Virus record (IMG/VR): IMGVR_UViG_3300025154_001556
Strand: one strand, 5' to 3'
Length of the DNA: 64,000 bases
Source: a virus
Taxonomy: Duplodnaviria > Caudoviricetes
The position numbers and the translations under genes are program-made. Below the pieces are notes generated by a model. That model was not told the DNA's origin. It ran no database searches and saw only the letters and a program-made list of their open reading frames with translations. This document shows positions 25,265-35,273 of this stretch, piece after piece; position 1 is the stretch's first letter; the number at the start of each line of letters is the position of its first letter.

Positions 25265-25417
25265 TTATAAACCTAATTCATCGTCTTCGTCGTCGTCGTC
25301 TTCTTCTTTAAGTTTTAAATAGGCACTTAATTCATCAATGTCATTAAAAAACTTATCTGTGTCCATATCTATATCTACTAGTCCTTCAATAAACTCATCC
25401 ACATCGTCGTCTGCCAT
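25265..25417 (-). CDS. highly acidic 50-aa microprotein, absent from the ORF track
   Basis: MADDDVDEFIEGLVDIDMDTDKFFNDIDELSAYLKLKEEDDDDEDDELGL; SD AAGGAGG. Confidence 0.7.
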   Translation of the reverse strand: MADDDVDEFIEGLVDIDMDTDKFFNDIDELSAYLKLKEEDDDDEDDELGL

Positions 25418-25441
25418 ATTTTCCTCCTTATTGTGCTATAA

Positions 25442-26029
25442 CTAAGCTGCTATTTCTTTATCTATGTATTTAAATATATCTTGTAATTTACTTATTCTTA
25501 TAACTTTACTATTAATATACCATTTATTATATGGCCTGTCAATTAAAAAATTTACTGCTTTGGTGTGCTCTAACATGGATTCTATATTTACTGCATGGTC
25601 ATCTATATAAACGTTCAAACCTAACTGTCTACCCAAAAGTCCTTTATTACTACCATGCCCTAGGGCGTGTAATGAAGTATAAGGTATAGCATGAGTATCA
25701 AACCATTTTTGCGTAGCAAGTAGGGCAGCCTCAGGACGTGCTGTTATGAAATGCACATCATGTCCAAACGCAAATAATTTTTTTATCGTTTCCGATACCC
25801 CATAGTAGGGTGGTGCATTATATAAATAAGCGGTATCATTAACCCAAGCTATAATATCTTCTGCTATACTTTTATTTGTTTCATCACACTCTGTATAGTT
25901 ATTTGAAAAAAAATTATACTCCGCAAAAGTAGAAATTGTGTTTTTAACTCCCCACTTTAAATGTATGGAATCCAGTATTGATGATAATAAATCACACACA
26001 ACTTCATCAACGTCTATGCCAATGTTCAT
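25442..26029 (-). CDS. 5'(3')-deoxyribonucleotidase, HAD family
   Basis: GIDVDEV, FITAR, YIDD and RPYN. Confidence 0.85.
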   Translation of the reverse strand: MNIGIDVDEVVCDLLSSILDSIHLKWGVKNTISTFAEYNFFSNNYTECDETNKSIAEDIIAWVNDTAYLYNAPPYYGVSETIKKLFAFGHDVHFITARPEAALLATQKWFDTHAIPYTSLHALGHGSNKGLLGRQLGLNVYIDDHAVNIESMLEHTKAVNFLIDRPYNKWYINSKVIRISKLQDIFKYIDKEIAA

Positions 26030-26403
26030 ATTATGGTTTCCTTAGTAAAGTCATTAAAATGAATAGTATCTTCTTTACCTAAATAACTGCCTTTTTGTAT
26101 TTTTATAATTTCCAATGGTATTTTACCAGGATTTTCTAAGCTATGCCATTCTGTCATAGGTATATAAATACTTTGATTTTCAAAAAGTAACGTATTATTA
26201 TCACCACAAGTTACTGAGGCGGTGCCGCTAAGTACAACCCAATACTCTAAGCTATGGTAATGCATTTGTAAGGGTAGTTTTTTACCTACATCTATGGAAA
26301 GCAGCTCAACTTTAAAAGTATTCTGTTCTTTTAATAGAGTGGAAGTACCCCAGAATTGTTTTAGGCTGTCAGCACAATCTATGTTATTAATGGCCATACT
26401 CAT
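26026..26403 (-). CDS. cupin, type II mannose-6-phosphate isomerase C-terminal-like
   Basis: LQMHYHSLEYWVV...HSLENPGKIPLEIIKIQKGSYLG. Confidence 0.85.
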   Translation of the reverse strand: MSMAINNIDCADSLKQFWGTSTLLKEQNTFKVELLSIDVGKKLPLQMHYHSLEYWVVLSGTASVTCGDNNTLLFENQSIYIPMTEWHSLENPGKIPLEIIKIQKGSYLGKEDTIHFNDFTKETII

Positions 26404-26612
26404 TTTGTATACTTCAAATAAAAGTTCATTGCTTCTATGGCTATTACCAATTCGTATTCCGTTAAAGATAAAGTACCTGGGTTATTCACGTCACTTATAG
26501 AAGCAAGGGATAACTTCATTTTATTTCCTATTAAACTAGCAGTGCTTAAACGTTTTACATGAAACTCTTCGCAGTATTGTTTATAGCCCTCGACCGTTGT
26601 TGTATCTACCAT
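26400..26612 (-). CDS. hypothetical protein
   Basis: ORF track. Confidence 0.5.
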   Translation of the reverse strand: MVDTTTVEGYKQYCEEFHVKRLSTASLIGNKMKLSLASISDVNNPGTLSLTEYELVIAIEAMNFYLKYTK

Positions 26613-26652
26613 ACTTATATTCCTTAGTAAATGTTAGTTAAACAGTATTAAA

Positions 26653-26699
26653 CAGGGTATTATGCTTTATATAATATCACATAATACCCTGCTTGTCAA
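26653..26699 (-). promoter_or_regulatory. promoter (TTGACA-N17-TATTAT) overlapped by a 12-bp inverted repeat (operator or terminator)
   Basis: CAGGGTATTATG-N15-CATAATACCCTG encloses the -10 box. Confidence 0.6.
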
Positions 26700-26719
26700 C
26701 AATTAATTATATTGTATAA

Positions 26720-29236
26720 TTAGTCACAACGAGAATAGGCGCAATTAGTACATTTAATACAACTTTCTGATCTAATTAAAGCTACTTCTCCGCATTCTGG
26801 ACATACATTAGAACTCTTTTCATATTTATATTGTTTTATATATGAACCCAGTACTCTTGCCACTACTGCGCTAAAATCAGTTATTTCGCCATTGGCTTTA
26901 CGTAACTGTTGTTGAATAAATTCTAACGGGGTACCGTGTCTTAATGCCAAACTAAGAAGACGTGTCAAAGCTCTTTGATTCGACGTCATTAAAACATGAG
27001 CTAAGTCTTTATACTCCACTTCTGCTTGCCTAATAGTTATTTCTAAGGAGTACTTACCACCCCCCTTCTTAACTATTTTACCAGCTTTACATGTTTTAGG
27101 TACATATAGCCCTTCTTCTACCTCGCCGGCAAAAATTTCATAAGGGTCACCATCCATGAGACCTATAATAACAAGCCATGGAATACCTTTAACAGAACAG
27201 TGATGTATACTGCATTCCAAAGAGTCTGGCCTTTTGGGGGCACAAACAGGCATTATACGAGTGGGCCTGTTTTCTGGGGAGCACAGTGATTGAGTTGGCT
27301 TACTATCAAATTTATTCTTATTTGTTATTGGATCTTCAAAAAGAAGAATACCTTCCCTTGAACCATCAACATAAACAGAAACAGCCCTAACTCCGTTATC
27401 ATAAGCAGACATATAAATGTTTTCTACATCTGCCACAGTAGCAGAACTTGGTAAATTATATGTACAACTAATAGAAGCGTCAAGCCACTTATACACCGCG
27501 GACATAAGTTTTATTTTACGTTGTGGATCTATCTCATGTGCTGGTTTAAAGAAGCCCTCTGGCACGTATTTTTTAATTATATCTATAATTGCCAACCCGT
27601 ATTTGCCATCTTCATCCAATGTGGCGCCGCCAAAAGAAACAAACCTTTCGTAATCATTAGATTCTGGGTCCATTTTGGACATGACGTACTCTCTCAATCT
27701 ATCTGGCATCATAAAGTAGTGTGTATAATTTCCTTTATCAATAGCCCTGGTACGTCGCCAATAATACAATCCCATTACAGGTTCAATACCAGAAGATATA
27801 CAAGGTGATGGAAATGTGCTGGAAAGTGAACCAGCGGGGGCTATACTCATATGAGCCATATTGCGCATATGTCTTACCTTAGTGGCGTCCCCATCAAAAA
27901 ACTCATTAACCATATTATTAAAATACGTTGTATTCATATAAAGATTTTTATCCTCAATGAGCCTAAACGCAGCAGCATCTCCTTTCTCTTCACCTAATTC
28001 CATAGAAGCTTTAAAAACTTGGTGCGCGTAACACTTCATAAACTTTTCTACTGCTACTATTGCCTCTTCTGAGTCGTACGCTAAATTTTGTTTTAATAGC
28101 CAGCCATGTAAATTTGTTATACCCATACCAATTTCACGTAGTTGCTCTACAATCCAGCGTTGTTGTGGTACTGGACTTAAATTATTACATAGCTCATAGT
28201 CAATAACATTATCTGCCATACGTACCATTAAAGGCACTATTACTTCCAATTCTTTTGTATAACCCTCTTCGATGATGGAAAAATTCTCCATGTTACAAGA
28301 AGAAAGGTTACAAACAGAATAAGGGGCCATAAATTTTTCCGAACATGCGTTCGAAGAATGAGGTAAAAATCTTTCATCTCCTATGTGATCATAAATGGCT
28401 TTATACATAATACTATTTTGTAAAAGATTTCTATACTGTATACCAGGTTCGGCTGTTTTCCAAGCGCGTGTTGCTATGTCACTAAATAATTTTTTAGCAT
28501 TGACTGTTTTAGTTACTACTTCACCGGTACCTTTTACTTCAAAACGTAATTCCCATTCTTTATCTGCTTTAACAGCAGCCATGAAATCATTAGTAATCTG
28601 TACAGATATATTAGCATTATTTATTTTTTTAAGATCATCTTTACAAGAAATAAATTCTTCGATGTCTGGATGGCTAACAATTAGTGACTCCAAAAGAGCT
28701 GGTTTACGTCCCTGTTGTCCCACATAATCACCGACCCTGTTTATTTTATCCATCCACGATACCACGCCAGTTGATTCACAGGCAGCATTATTAAGTTTGC
28801 TACCACGAGGTCGTAGGTTAGAAAAGTCGATGCCTATACCTTGTCTGTAAGCGGCACATTTCATAACATCATATTCGCATTGAGCTATTGATTCTAGGGT
28901 ATCTTCATACAAAGGAATTGTAGTACAATTACACATTGAACTCTTTCTATTAGAACCAATGCTAGACATAACACTACCACCAGGACGAAACCACCCTTCC
29001 CACATCAAGGAGAACCAAACATCTTTATAATAGGAGGCTTTAACTAAATTCTTTTCCATATTTGCCAAACTATTAGCAATACGAAAAAAAACCTCAGCGG
29101 GCGTTTCTTTTGTGCCATCCTCTTTATACATTGCATACTTAGCATTAAAAATGTCAACAGAATAAGAGTTATTGGCAAAGTATTCTTCAACAGAAATATT
29201 TTTTACTTCATCGAATTGCACAGTTGGTTTGTACAT
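26720..29236 (-). CDS. nrdJ: class II (B12-dependent) ribonucleotide reductase with C-terminal TSCPD domain
   Basis: NCTTI, GIGIDFS, SNACSE, CNL, APAGS, SGIEP, C-terminal CxxC...CxxC; no small subunit in the window. Confidence 0.88.
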   Translation of the reverse strand: MYKPTVQFDEVKNISVEEYFANNSYSVDIFNAKYAMYKEDGTKETPAEVFFRIANSLANMEKNLVKASYYKDVWFSLMWEGWFRPGGSVMSSIGSNRKSSMCNCTTIPLYEDTLESIAQCEYDVMKCAAYRQGIGIDFSNLRPRGSKLNNAACESTGVVSWMDKINRVGDYVGQQGRKPALLESLIVSHPDIEEFISCKDDLKKINNANISVQITNDFMAAVKADKEWELRFEVKGTGEVVTKTVNAKKLFSDIATRAWKTAEPGIQYRNLLQNSIMYKAIYDHIGDERFLPHSSNACSEKFMAPYSVCNLSSCNMENFSIIEEGYTKELEVIVPLMVRMADNVIDYELCNNLSPVPQQRWIVEQLREIGMGITNLHGWLLKQNLAYDSEEAIVAVEKFMKCYAHQVFKASMELGEEKGDAAAFRLIEDKNLYMNTTYFNNMVNEFFDGDATKVRHMRNMAHMSIAPAGSLSSTFPSPCISSGIEPVMGLYYWRRTRAIDKGNYTHYFMMPDRLREYVMSKMDPESNDYERFVSFGGATLDEDGKYGLAIIDIIKKYVPEGFFKPAHEIDPQRKIKLMSAVYKWLDASISCTYNLPSSATVADVENIYMSAYDNGVRAVSVYVDGSREGILLFEDPITNKNKFDSKPTQSLCSPENRPTRIMPVCAPKRPDSLECSIHHCSVKGIPWLVIIGLMDGDPYEIFAGEVEEGLYVPKTCKAGKIVKKGGGKYSLEITIRQAEVEYKDLAHVLMTSNQRALTRLLSLALRHGTPLEFIQQQLRKANGEITDFSAVVARVLGSYIKQYKYEKSSNVCPECGEVALIRSESCIKCTNCAYSRCD

Positions 29237-29241
29237 AAGTA

Positions 29242-29730
29242 TTATTGCTCCTCAAAAAGAGTAGTATCAAAAACGTTTGTGCCAGTAGACCCAAAACCAC
29301 CTCTTTCACCATCTTCTAGCGCATCTACAATCTCAAATACCAATTTAGGTTGAATCTTGCTTAGCCTAAATTGACAAATTCTATCATTCATTTTTATGGT
29401 AGTATCTCTTATAGCGTAAGCCATAAAACGCCAAATATCTTTATCACCTGAATAGGTATTATCAACAATACCGTAGTGGTTTGCTTGCAGTATGCCAAAT
29501 TTAGCGGCGGTGGAACTTCTAGGCACTATATTAGCTTCGTAGCCCGCAGGAAGTTTCATACTAACACCAAGGGAGATTAGTTTTAAATCCCCTTGTTCAA
29601 GTGTTATATCTTCGGCCGCACGTAAGTCAATCCAATCCCCTATATCAATTTTAGTTATGGGTATTAAATCTTTTACATGGTATTTAACTTTAATCACTAA
29701 TTCTTTATCATTACATTTACAAGCTGCCAT
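29242..29730 (-). CDS. dut: trimeric dUTPase
   Basis: PRSS, GIVDNTYSG and RGGFGSTG. Confidence 0.92.
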   Translation of the reverse strand: MAACKCNDKELVIKVKYHVKDLIPITKIDIGDWIDLRAAEDITLEQGDLKLISLGVSMKLPAGYEANIVPRSSTAAKFGILQANHYGIVDNTYSGDKDIWRFMAYAIRDTTIKMNDRICQFRLSKIQPKLVFEIVDALEDGERGGFGSTGTNVFDTTLFEEQ

Positions 29731-29938
29731 TATATACCTCCGTGTTATTAATTAATTCATCTTCTAAAACATCGTGACCGATGCCAGTAGATAAGTCTAT
29801 TACCTTATATATTGTTGTATTATTTAAATACTTACCAGTAACAATAAAAACCGGTAATATATTATTTCCTTTAACTATTGGTTTATTACAACAAAGTGTG
29901 TTTATATCAGATAATGTTATACGTTTTTTATTAAACAT
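29717..29938 (-). CDS. hypothetical protein
   Basis: ORF track; in frame with polA across TAG-TGT. Confidence 0.5.
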   Translation of the reverse strand: MFNKKRITLSDINTLCCNKPIVKGNNILPVFIVTGKYLNNTTIYKVIDLSTGIGHDVLEDELINNTEVYNGSL

Positions 29939-29941
29939 ACA

Positions 29942-31858
29942 CTACTGTTCCTTATCACAATTAGAACAAACCAAACGTTGTCCGTATTTACCACCATCAG
30001 CAAATTTAAATTCTTGGCCACCACAGCCGCCTTTGTCTTTATCACATGTACCCTTCATCCAGCAAGCAGATATAAGAGCATCCGTTTCCATTGGAATAAT
30101 TTTAAAGTACATATTAAAACCATCCTTTATTGCTTGTTCAACTATCTTTGCTACTTCATATCTGTGTTCATAGTCGCATTCAACAATTAATTCATCATGC
30201 ACAGTTAAAAGCAACTTAACATAATAGGGCAATACTTCTAAGCGCTCTACAAGAAAAATCATGGCCTGTTTAATGGTATCAGCATTCGAACCTTGAATGG
30301 GTGCGTTTTTAGCCTGCCTTTTAACGCCATTAATTATGAACTTTCTATCTGGTGAATCATATTTAGGTATGTCATAGAAGCGTCTACGTCCTATAATAGT
30401 TTCACTGTATCCTTTTCTTACAGCTTCATTGGATAAATCCTCTAACCACTGCTTAATTTTAGGAAACATCGTAAAGTAATTAAGCATCAACCGCTCTGCC
30501 TTCTTTTCTGATATCTTTAATCTACGAGCCAAACCAAACTTAGAAAGACCATATGCTAAACCGAAAGTTATTGCTTTTGAAGCTTTACGTTGTTCCTTAG
30601 ACACCTTATCATATTCTACATTAAAAACACCGGCAGCTGATTTGGTGTGTAAATCGATTCCTTCCAAATAACAAGAAACAAATACAGGGTCTTGGGACAT
30701 ATTGCCTATAATACGTAACTCAGCTCCTGACATATCTGCCGTTATTAAAGCACATCCTTCTTTTGCTATAAAACAGCTTCTATATATTTGTTTACCTGGT
30801 ATATTTTGTAAATTAGGATGGGAACTACTTAATCTACCAGTCTGTATTAATTGTTTAAAATCTGTATGTAATCTTCCTGTGGCTGGATGTATTTTATCCA
30901 ATAAGGGTTGTCCGTAAGTTGAAATAAGCTTTTCAGCTTTTCTATAAGCCAGAATATTATCAATTACAGGAACGCCCGCATATTTTTCAAGTTCATCGAC
31001 AGCAGTACCTTCAACCTCTACCCCATATTTTTTAAGTGCCTCTTTAAGTTGCTTAGGACTATCTATATTTATCAGGGATACTCCAAATAAAGTTGATTGG
31101 TTTTCGGTAGCATCAAGTATTTTTGTAATTTGTACATGGAGCTCTTCTTTCTTTTTAGCCACTTCCTGCATAATTGAAAGCCAGCGCTCGGTATTAATTG
31201 TTATGCCATTTAACTCCATTTCAGCCATCGGCTTTACGAAATCGAATTCTAATTGACACACTCGCTCTAATTTATGTTTAGCCACTGATAATAGTTGTGC
31301 ATCACGTATTACGCCTAAGGTACAAACGTCTAATGCCGCGTATTCAAGTTGATACTTTTGAAATTCTTGTTCGTAGTCTGAAAAAGTACCTCGTGGCTCT
31401 TTGTCCATTGACAAGCCTAGATATTTTTGTACCAACACAGATAAAGAAGATCTAACATAGGGTCTGCCTAAATTTAGCAACTGTTCAGTCAGCATTGTAT
31501 CATATATATTGTTTATATAGAAACTATAATGATGTTTAATCATTTTAACATCATATAAAGCATTTTGAAGTACTTTTAATTTGGTTTTATCTTCTAAAAG
31601 ATCTTTAAACAACAAAACATCAAATTCACTTTTACCTATGTCTTTTCTAACATCAAAAACAAAAGGCTGTCCCTGCACACCTAATTGTAACAAAACTAAT
31701 TTTCCATCAAAAGGTGACAGGGAAGTGCCTTCCGTATCCACCTCTATCATATCAAATTGGTTTATATAGTCTAAGGCTGCCTTAGCGTCGGCAAGTTTAT
31801 TAATATATGTATATTTAGGGGCAGGTAATTTAGCAATATTCTTATCAAAAACACCCAT
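29942..31858 (-). CDS. polA: family A DNA polymerase (3'-5' exonuclease plus polymerase) with a C-terminal Cys cluster
   Basis: DTE exonuclease motif; ADMSGAELR, RKASKAITFGLAYG, NAPIQGS and VHDEL. Confidence 0.93.
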   Translation of the reverse strand: MGVFDKNIAKLPAPKYTYINKLADAKAALDYINQFDMIEVDTEGTSLSPFDGKLVLLQLGVQGQPFVFDVRKDIGKSEFDVLLFKDLLEDKTKLKVLQNALYDVKMIKHHYSFYINNIYDTMLTEQLLNLGRPYVRSSLSVLVQKYLGLSMDKEPRGTFSDYEQEFQKYQLEYAALDVCTLGVIRDAQLLSVAKHKLERVCQLEFDFVKPMAEMELNGITINTERWLSIMQEVAKKKEELHVQITKILDATENQSTLFGVSLINIDSPKQLKEALKKYGVEVEGTAVDELEKYAGVPVIDNILAYRKAEKLISTYGQPLLDKIHPATGRLHTDFKQLIQTGRLSSSHPNLQNIPGKQIYRSCFIAKEGCALITADMSGAELRIIGNMSQDPVFVSCYLEGIDLHTKSAAGVFNVEYDKVSKEQRKASKAITFGLAYGLSKFGLARRLKISEKKAERLMLNYFTMFPKIKQWLEDLSNEAVRKGYSETIIGRRRFYDIPKYDSPDRKFIINGVKRQAKNAPIQGSNADTIKQAMIFLVERLEVLPYYVKLLLTVHDELIVECDYEHRYEVAKIVEQAIKDGFNMYFKIIPMETDALISACWMKGTCDKDKGGCGGQEFKFADGGKYGQRLVCSNCDKEQ

Positions 31859-31861
31859 AAT

Positions 31862-32941
31862 TTATCCTTTAAACTCTTTTATTAAATTAACTATTTTAAA
31901 CATTTTGTGATAAAATATTTGTTCCCCAGGTTTGCCTGTTGTATATATAGGATCTATAATTACATCTAATATTGTAGAAAATTTACGTGCTTCGGCAAAC
32001 TTACTACTACGTTTCAGACAGCCTACAAAGTAACCGCATATAGCTATCCGTATACGTTCGATAGATACCGTTTTAGCTAAAACCTCATAATGTTTACAAG
32101 ATTCTAACCATTTACCTGCTAGCAAAGACTTGCTCAACTCAATTATAGCAGGAGTATTTTCTGCTGCTATACCTCCTAAAATAGCACTTGCGGAATCTAG
32201 CGTCCAGGAGCCTTCAGTAATAATAGAATCCAAAGCCACAAGAGCATCCCTGGGAATGCCCTTTGTTTCAGATATGATGAAGTTTAAAACTTCCTCATTA
32301 TAAACAGTTCCCTCAAATTCTAAAACATTTGTTAAAATAGCATATAATTGATCTTGTGGTAAAGCATCAAAAGCCACTTTTGTACAACGACTTAAAAAGG
32401 CATTACCACCTTCTTTCTTACTTTGTAATTCTTCTGGTCTGTTTGTACAGAATATAAAATAAATATATGAGTAGCCATCTTCAGCATCCTTTAATAACAA
32501 ATCTTTTGCCGCGGCAGTAAGCATGTGCGCTTCATCAAAAATGATAACCTTGTTTCTTGAATTAAAAGGTGCGAATGGTAAAGTATCCACGATATCACTC
32601 ATGTCTGATTTACCACCATCCTTTCCTACGTTATGCTCTGTAACATCCATGCTACTGCCATTAAATATAGAAAGACATGAATTACACTTTAAACAAGGCT
32701 GAGATGTAGAGGAGGCTACTGACTCACAATTTAACCCCATAGCTACTATACGGGCTGCTGTGGTTTTACCTGTACCCGCCGGACCACTAAACAGTAAAGT
32801 GTGGGGTAATTTACTATTATCCAGGTAGTTTTTTAGTATTGTTTTACTGATGTTGTTGCCCACAAATTCATCGATAGTACAGGGTCTATATGCTGTTTGT
32901 AAGCTATTACTTCTATTTTTTGATATTCTCTTTATTAACAT
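31862..32941 (-). CDS. dnaX: clamp-loader AAA+ subunit (DnaX gamma/tau-like)
   Basis: YRP, GPAGTGKT, Zn module, DEAH, SRC and RDAL. Confidence 0.88.
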   Translation of the reverse strand: MLIKRISKNRSNSLQTAYRPCTIDEFVGNNISKTILKNYLDNSKLPHTLLFSGPAGTGKTTAARIVAMGLNCESVASSTSQPCLKCNSCLSIFNGSSMDVTEHNVGKDGGKSDMSDIVDTLPFAPFNSRNKVIIFDEAHMLTAAAKDLLLKDAEDGYSYIYFIFCTNRPEELQSKKEGGNAFLSRCTKVAFDALPQDQLYAILTNVLEFEGTVYNEEVLNFIISETKGIPRDALVALDSIITEGSWTLDSASAILGGIAAENTPAIIELSKSLLAGKWLESCKHYEVLAKTVSIERIRIAICGYFVGCLKRSSKFAEARKFSTILDVIIDPIYTTGKPGEQIFYHKMFKIVNLIKEFKG

Positions 32942-33435
32942 AGACGTCTCCGGTCAATTTCGTTTTTAAGTAATTCATAAACTTCATATAAAACACCATC
33001 GCCAGAAGAAGTATTCAAGCAAACGGCTACTTTGTTTTTAACCTCTTTATTAGCATTACTTGGACACATAGAAAAAGGTATTCTATTAATGCATGGTACG
33101 TCACTATACCCAAAACCAATATAAAGTATTTCATCTAATGTTACTTCATAACGATGTAGTATCTTAGTAACAAATTCCACTTTTTCTTTTTCTGCCCAGT
33201 AAAAAGGAATATTCTTGCGTCTGAATAAGTTGTAATTTACATACTGATCTTTGGCTAAAAAAGTAAATTTAAAGGTTTTCTTTAACTCATTTACAATATC
33301 TAAATCTTGCATATTGAATGATTTAAATGGTACATTACCAAGTTCATCATAAGTGATTAACCCGTCCGTTATTACACCATCGACCTCACTCACTATAACT
33401 TTCAATTTAACTAAGTATTCATCTATGTTAATCAT
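32935..33435 (-). CDS. KdsC-like HAD phosphatase; first catalytic Asp appears as Glu
   Basis: SEVDGVITDG (cf. DVDGVLTDG). Confidence 0.75.
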   Translation of the reverse strand: MINIDEYLVKLKVIVSEVDGVITDGLITYDELGNVPFKSFNMQDLDIVNELKKTFKFTFLAKDQYVNYNLFRRKNIPFYWAEKEKVEFVTKILHRYEVTLDEILYIGFGYSDVPCINRIPFSMCPSNANKEVKNKVAVCLNTSSGDGVLYEVYELLKNEIDRRRLC

Positions 33436-33446
33436 ATCTAATCCTA

Positions 33447-34106
33447 TTAATTATAAGAAAACTTTAATTTAATCATTGTATCTTCTGCGCGGCCCCAGAA
33501 ATACTCTAAGTCTTTTTGACCAAAAACTAAACGCCACACACCCACATCTTTAAACAATGGTTTATACAAAGTTAGATCTTCCAAAGGCTCTATGAGTTTA
33601 TTTCTTGGTTCTAATTTAAAGTAATCTCCAATGTGCATTAACATAGCAGCGCCATCAATAAGCATCATATCGTAGTTAACAAAGTACATCTTTTCTAAGT
33701 TACTATTAATAAACCCTTGCACATGATCTACCCAGTACTGTACTGGGTCCGAAAACATTCTTGGATCTAGGGGATTTTTAGTTTCAGCAGTTTTTTCAAA
33801 TAAATCCTTATCACTATAAGCCTCTATATATCCCATAATGTACTGTCTAAAAGTTTTACCTTCGAAATGTTTTTTTGTGCCAGGTTGTTGCTTCCAATAT
33901 TCATAGCAATCATATAACACGTCTCTGCCATCCCTTACAACATATAGAGCTATGTCACTATCCGCAATAGCTTTCACCATACTATCTGAAAAATGCCAGT
34001 GATTTTTGTCGAAATCATTACAATAGTAATTAGCCATTATACTTCTAACAACATAAGAGGCGCCTGATTTTCTATGACAAAAAACTCTATTTATGTTCTT
34101 ACTCAT
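33447..34106 (-). CDS. sulfotransferase-domain protein
   Basis: PAPS-binding-like HRKSGASY and YVVRDGRDV. Confidence 0.72.
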   Translation of the reverse strand: MSKNINRVFCHRKSGASYVVRSIMANYYCNDFDKNHWHFSDSMVKAIADSDIALYVVRDGRDVLYDCYEYWKQQPGTKKHFEGKTFRQYIMGYIEAYSDKDLFEKTAETKNPLDPRMFSDPVQYWVDHVQGFINSNLEKMYFVNYDMMLIDGAAMLMHIGDYFKLEPRNKLIEPLEDLTLYKPLFKDVGVWRLVFGQKDLEYFWGRAEDTMIKLKFSYN

Positions 34107-35272
34107 TTTTTATGCTCCCATAATATCTTTGGCATAACAACTGATTTCAACTCTTTTGGTACTATGTCTTTAATAGTGACCATTGTATATTCTATCTCTT
34201 GTTTTATACTTCTTGTAGGAGTATAACCTAAACTAGGTAAAATGTCAACAACATAGTTGTAGTAATGTTCTCCTGTATACTCATTTCTTGGAGAAGGGAT
34301 ATGCTGTGTAGAGCTGGGTATCCCTAATTTAGTAGCTACTTCTTCTACAAATTTAGTTATATCAATTATTGAATGCCACTCAGATAACTGATTCCATACC
34401 TGTACTTTGCCCGCCGCTGGTGGATTGTTTACAGCTATCTCTAATGCCTGCACACTATCATTTAATGATATAAACCCTCTTTGGTGTAGCCCCTCTCCAT
34501 AAACAGTCATTGGGATACCTAACAGTGTTTGTACAATAAAGCGATTAATGACAGTGCCTCCTGCTTCGTCGCTATCAAGTCTACTATATACCTTAGTTTT
34601 ATCTATTTCATCCGTATACGATCCGAAAACAACAGACTGTTGTACGTCGGTGCATCTCAACCCCCAAGTGCGCGTTAAAAAATCTATTATATAAGTAGAA
34701 GCGGTTTTTGAACAATGATATAATGATCCCGGCCTTCTAGGGTAAATCATTTCATTGGACATCCTGCCCTTATGATTAATCTTAATGTAACCCTCTTCGA
34801 TATCTATATTACTATAATGATCATATTCACCTGTTGTTCCTATGGTAATATAATGCGCATCTGGTGTATGTGCCTTCATATACCACAACAAATTATTTGT
34901 AGGTATTATATTATTCCTCAAAGTAAATTCAGCCTTCTCTTGTGAGATCTGACTGAATGGGGCAGAGGGTATGTGTGCCAAATTAATGATAGTGTCTGGT
35001 TTATACGTAACAAACAGTTCCTCTACTTTGTTACTATCTTGTAATAAGTCAATAGCATAAAATATAAAATCTCCCAAAACACTAAATTTACTAATCTTTT
35101 CTACCATGGGTAAAACAGGTGTAGCAGACTTAGAGGTCATTAGATCTTGTATCCAATATCTTCGTAAAAAGTTATCTACACCAATTACTTTAAATCCCTT
35201 ATTTAACAAACGTTGTGTTAAAGCATTGCCAATGTAACCATCGCACCCTAAAAGTAAAACTGTGTTATTCAT
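34103..35272 (-). CDS. sqdB: UDP-sulfoquinovose synthase (SqdB/SQD1/Agl3-like SDR)
   Basis: GCDGYIG, VDNFLRR, PSAPFS, GTTGEY, YHCSK, WGLRCTD, GTVINRF and GLHQRGF. Confidence 0.88.
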   Translation of the reverse strand: MNNTVLLLGCDGYIGNALTQRLLNKGFKVIGVDNFLRRYWIQDLMTSKSATPVLPMVEKISKFSVLGDFIFYAIDLLQDSNKVEELFVTYKPDTIINLAHIPSAPFSQISQEKAEFTLRNNIIPTNNLLWYMKAHTPDAHYITIGTTGEYDHYSNIDIEEGYIKINHKGRMSNEMIYPRRPGSLYHCSKTASTYIIDFLTRTWGLRCTDVQQSVVFGSYTDEIDKTKVYSRLDSDEAGGTVINRFIVQTLLGIPMTVYGEGLHQRGFISLNDSVQALEIAVNNPPAAGKVQVWNQLSEWHSIIDITKFVEEVATKLGIPSSTQHIPSPRNEYTGEHYYNYVVDILPSLGYTPTRSIKQEIEYTMVTIKDIVPKELKSVVMPKILWEHKK

Positions 35273-35273
35273 A

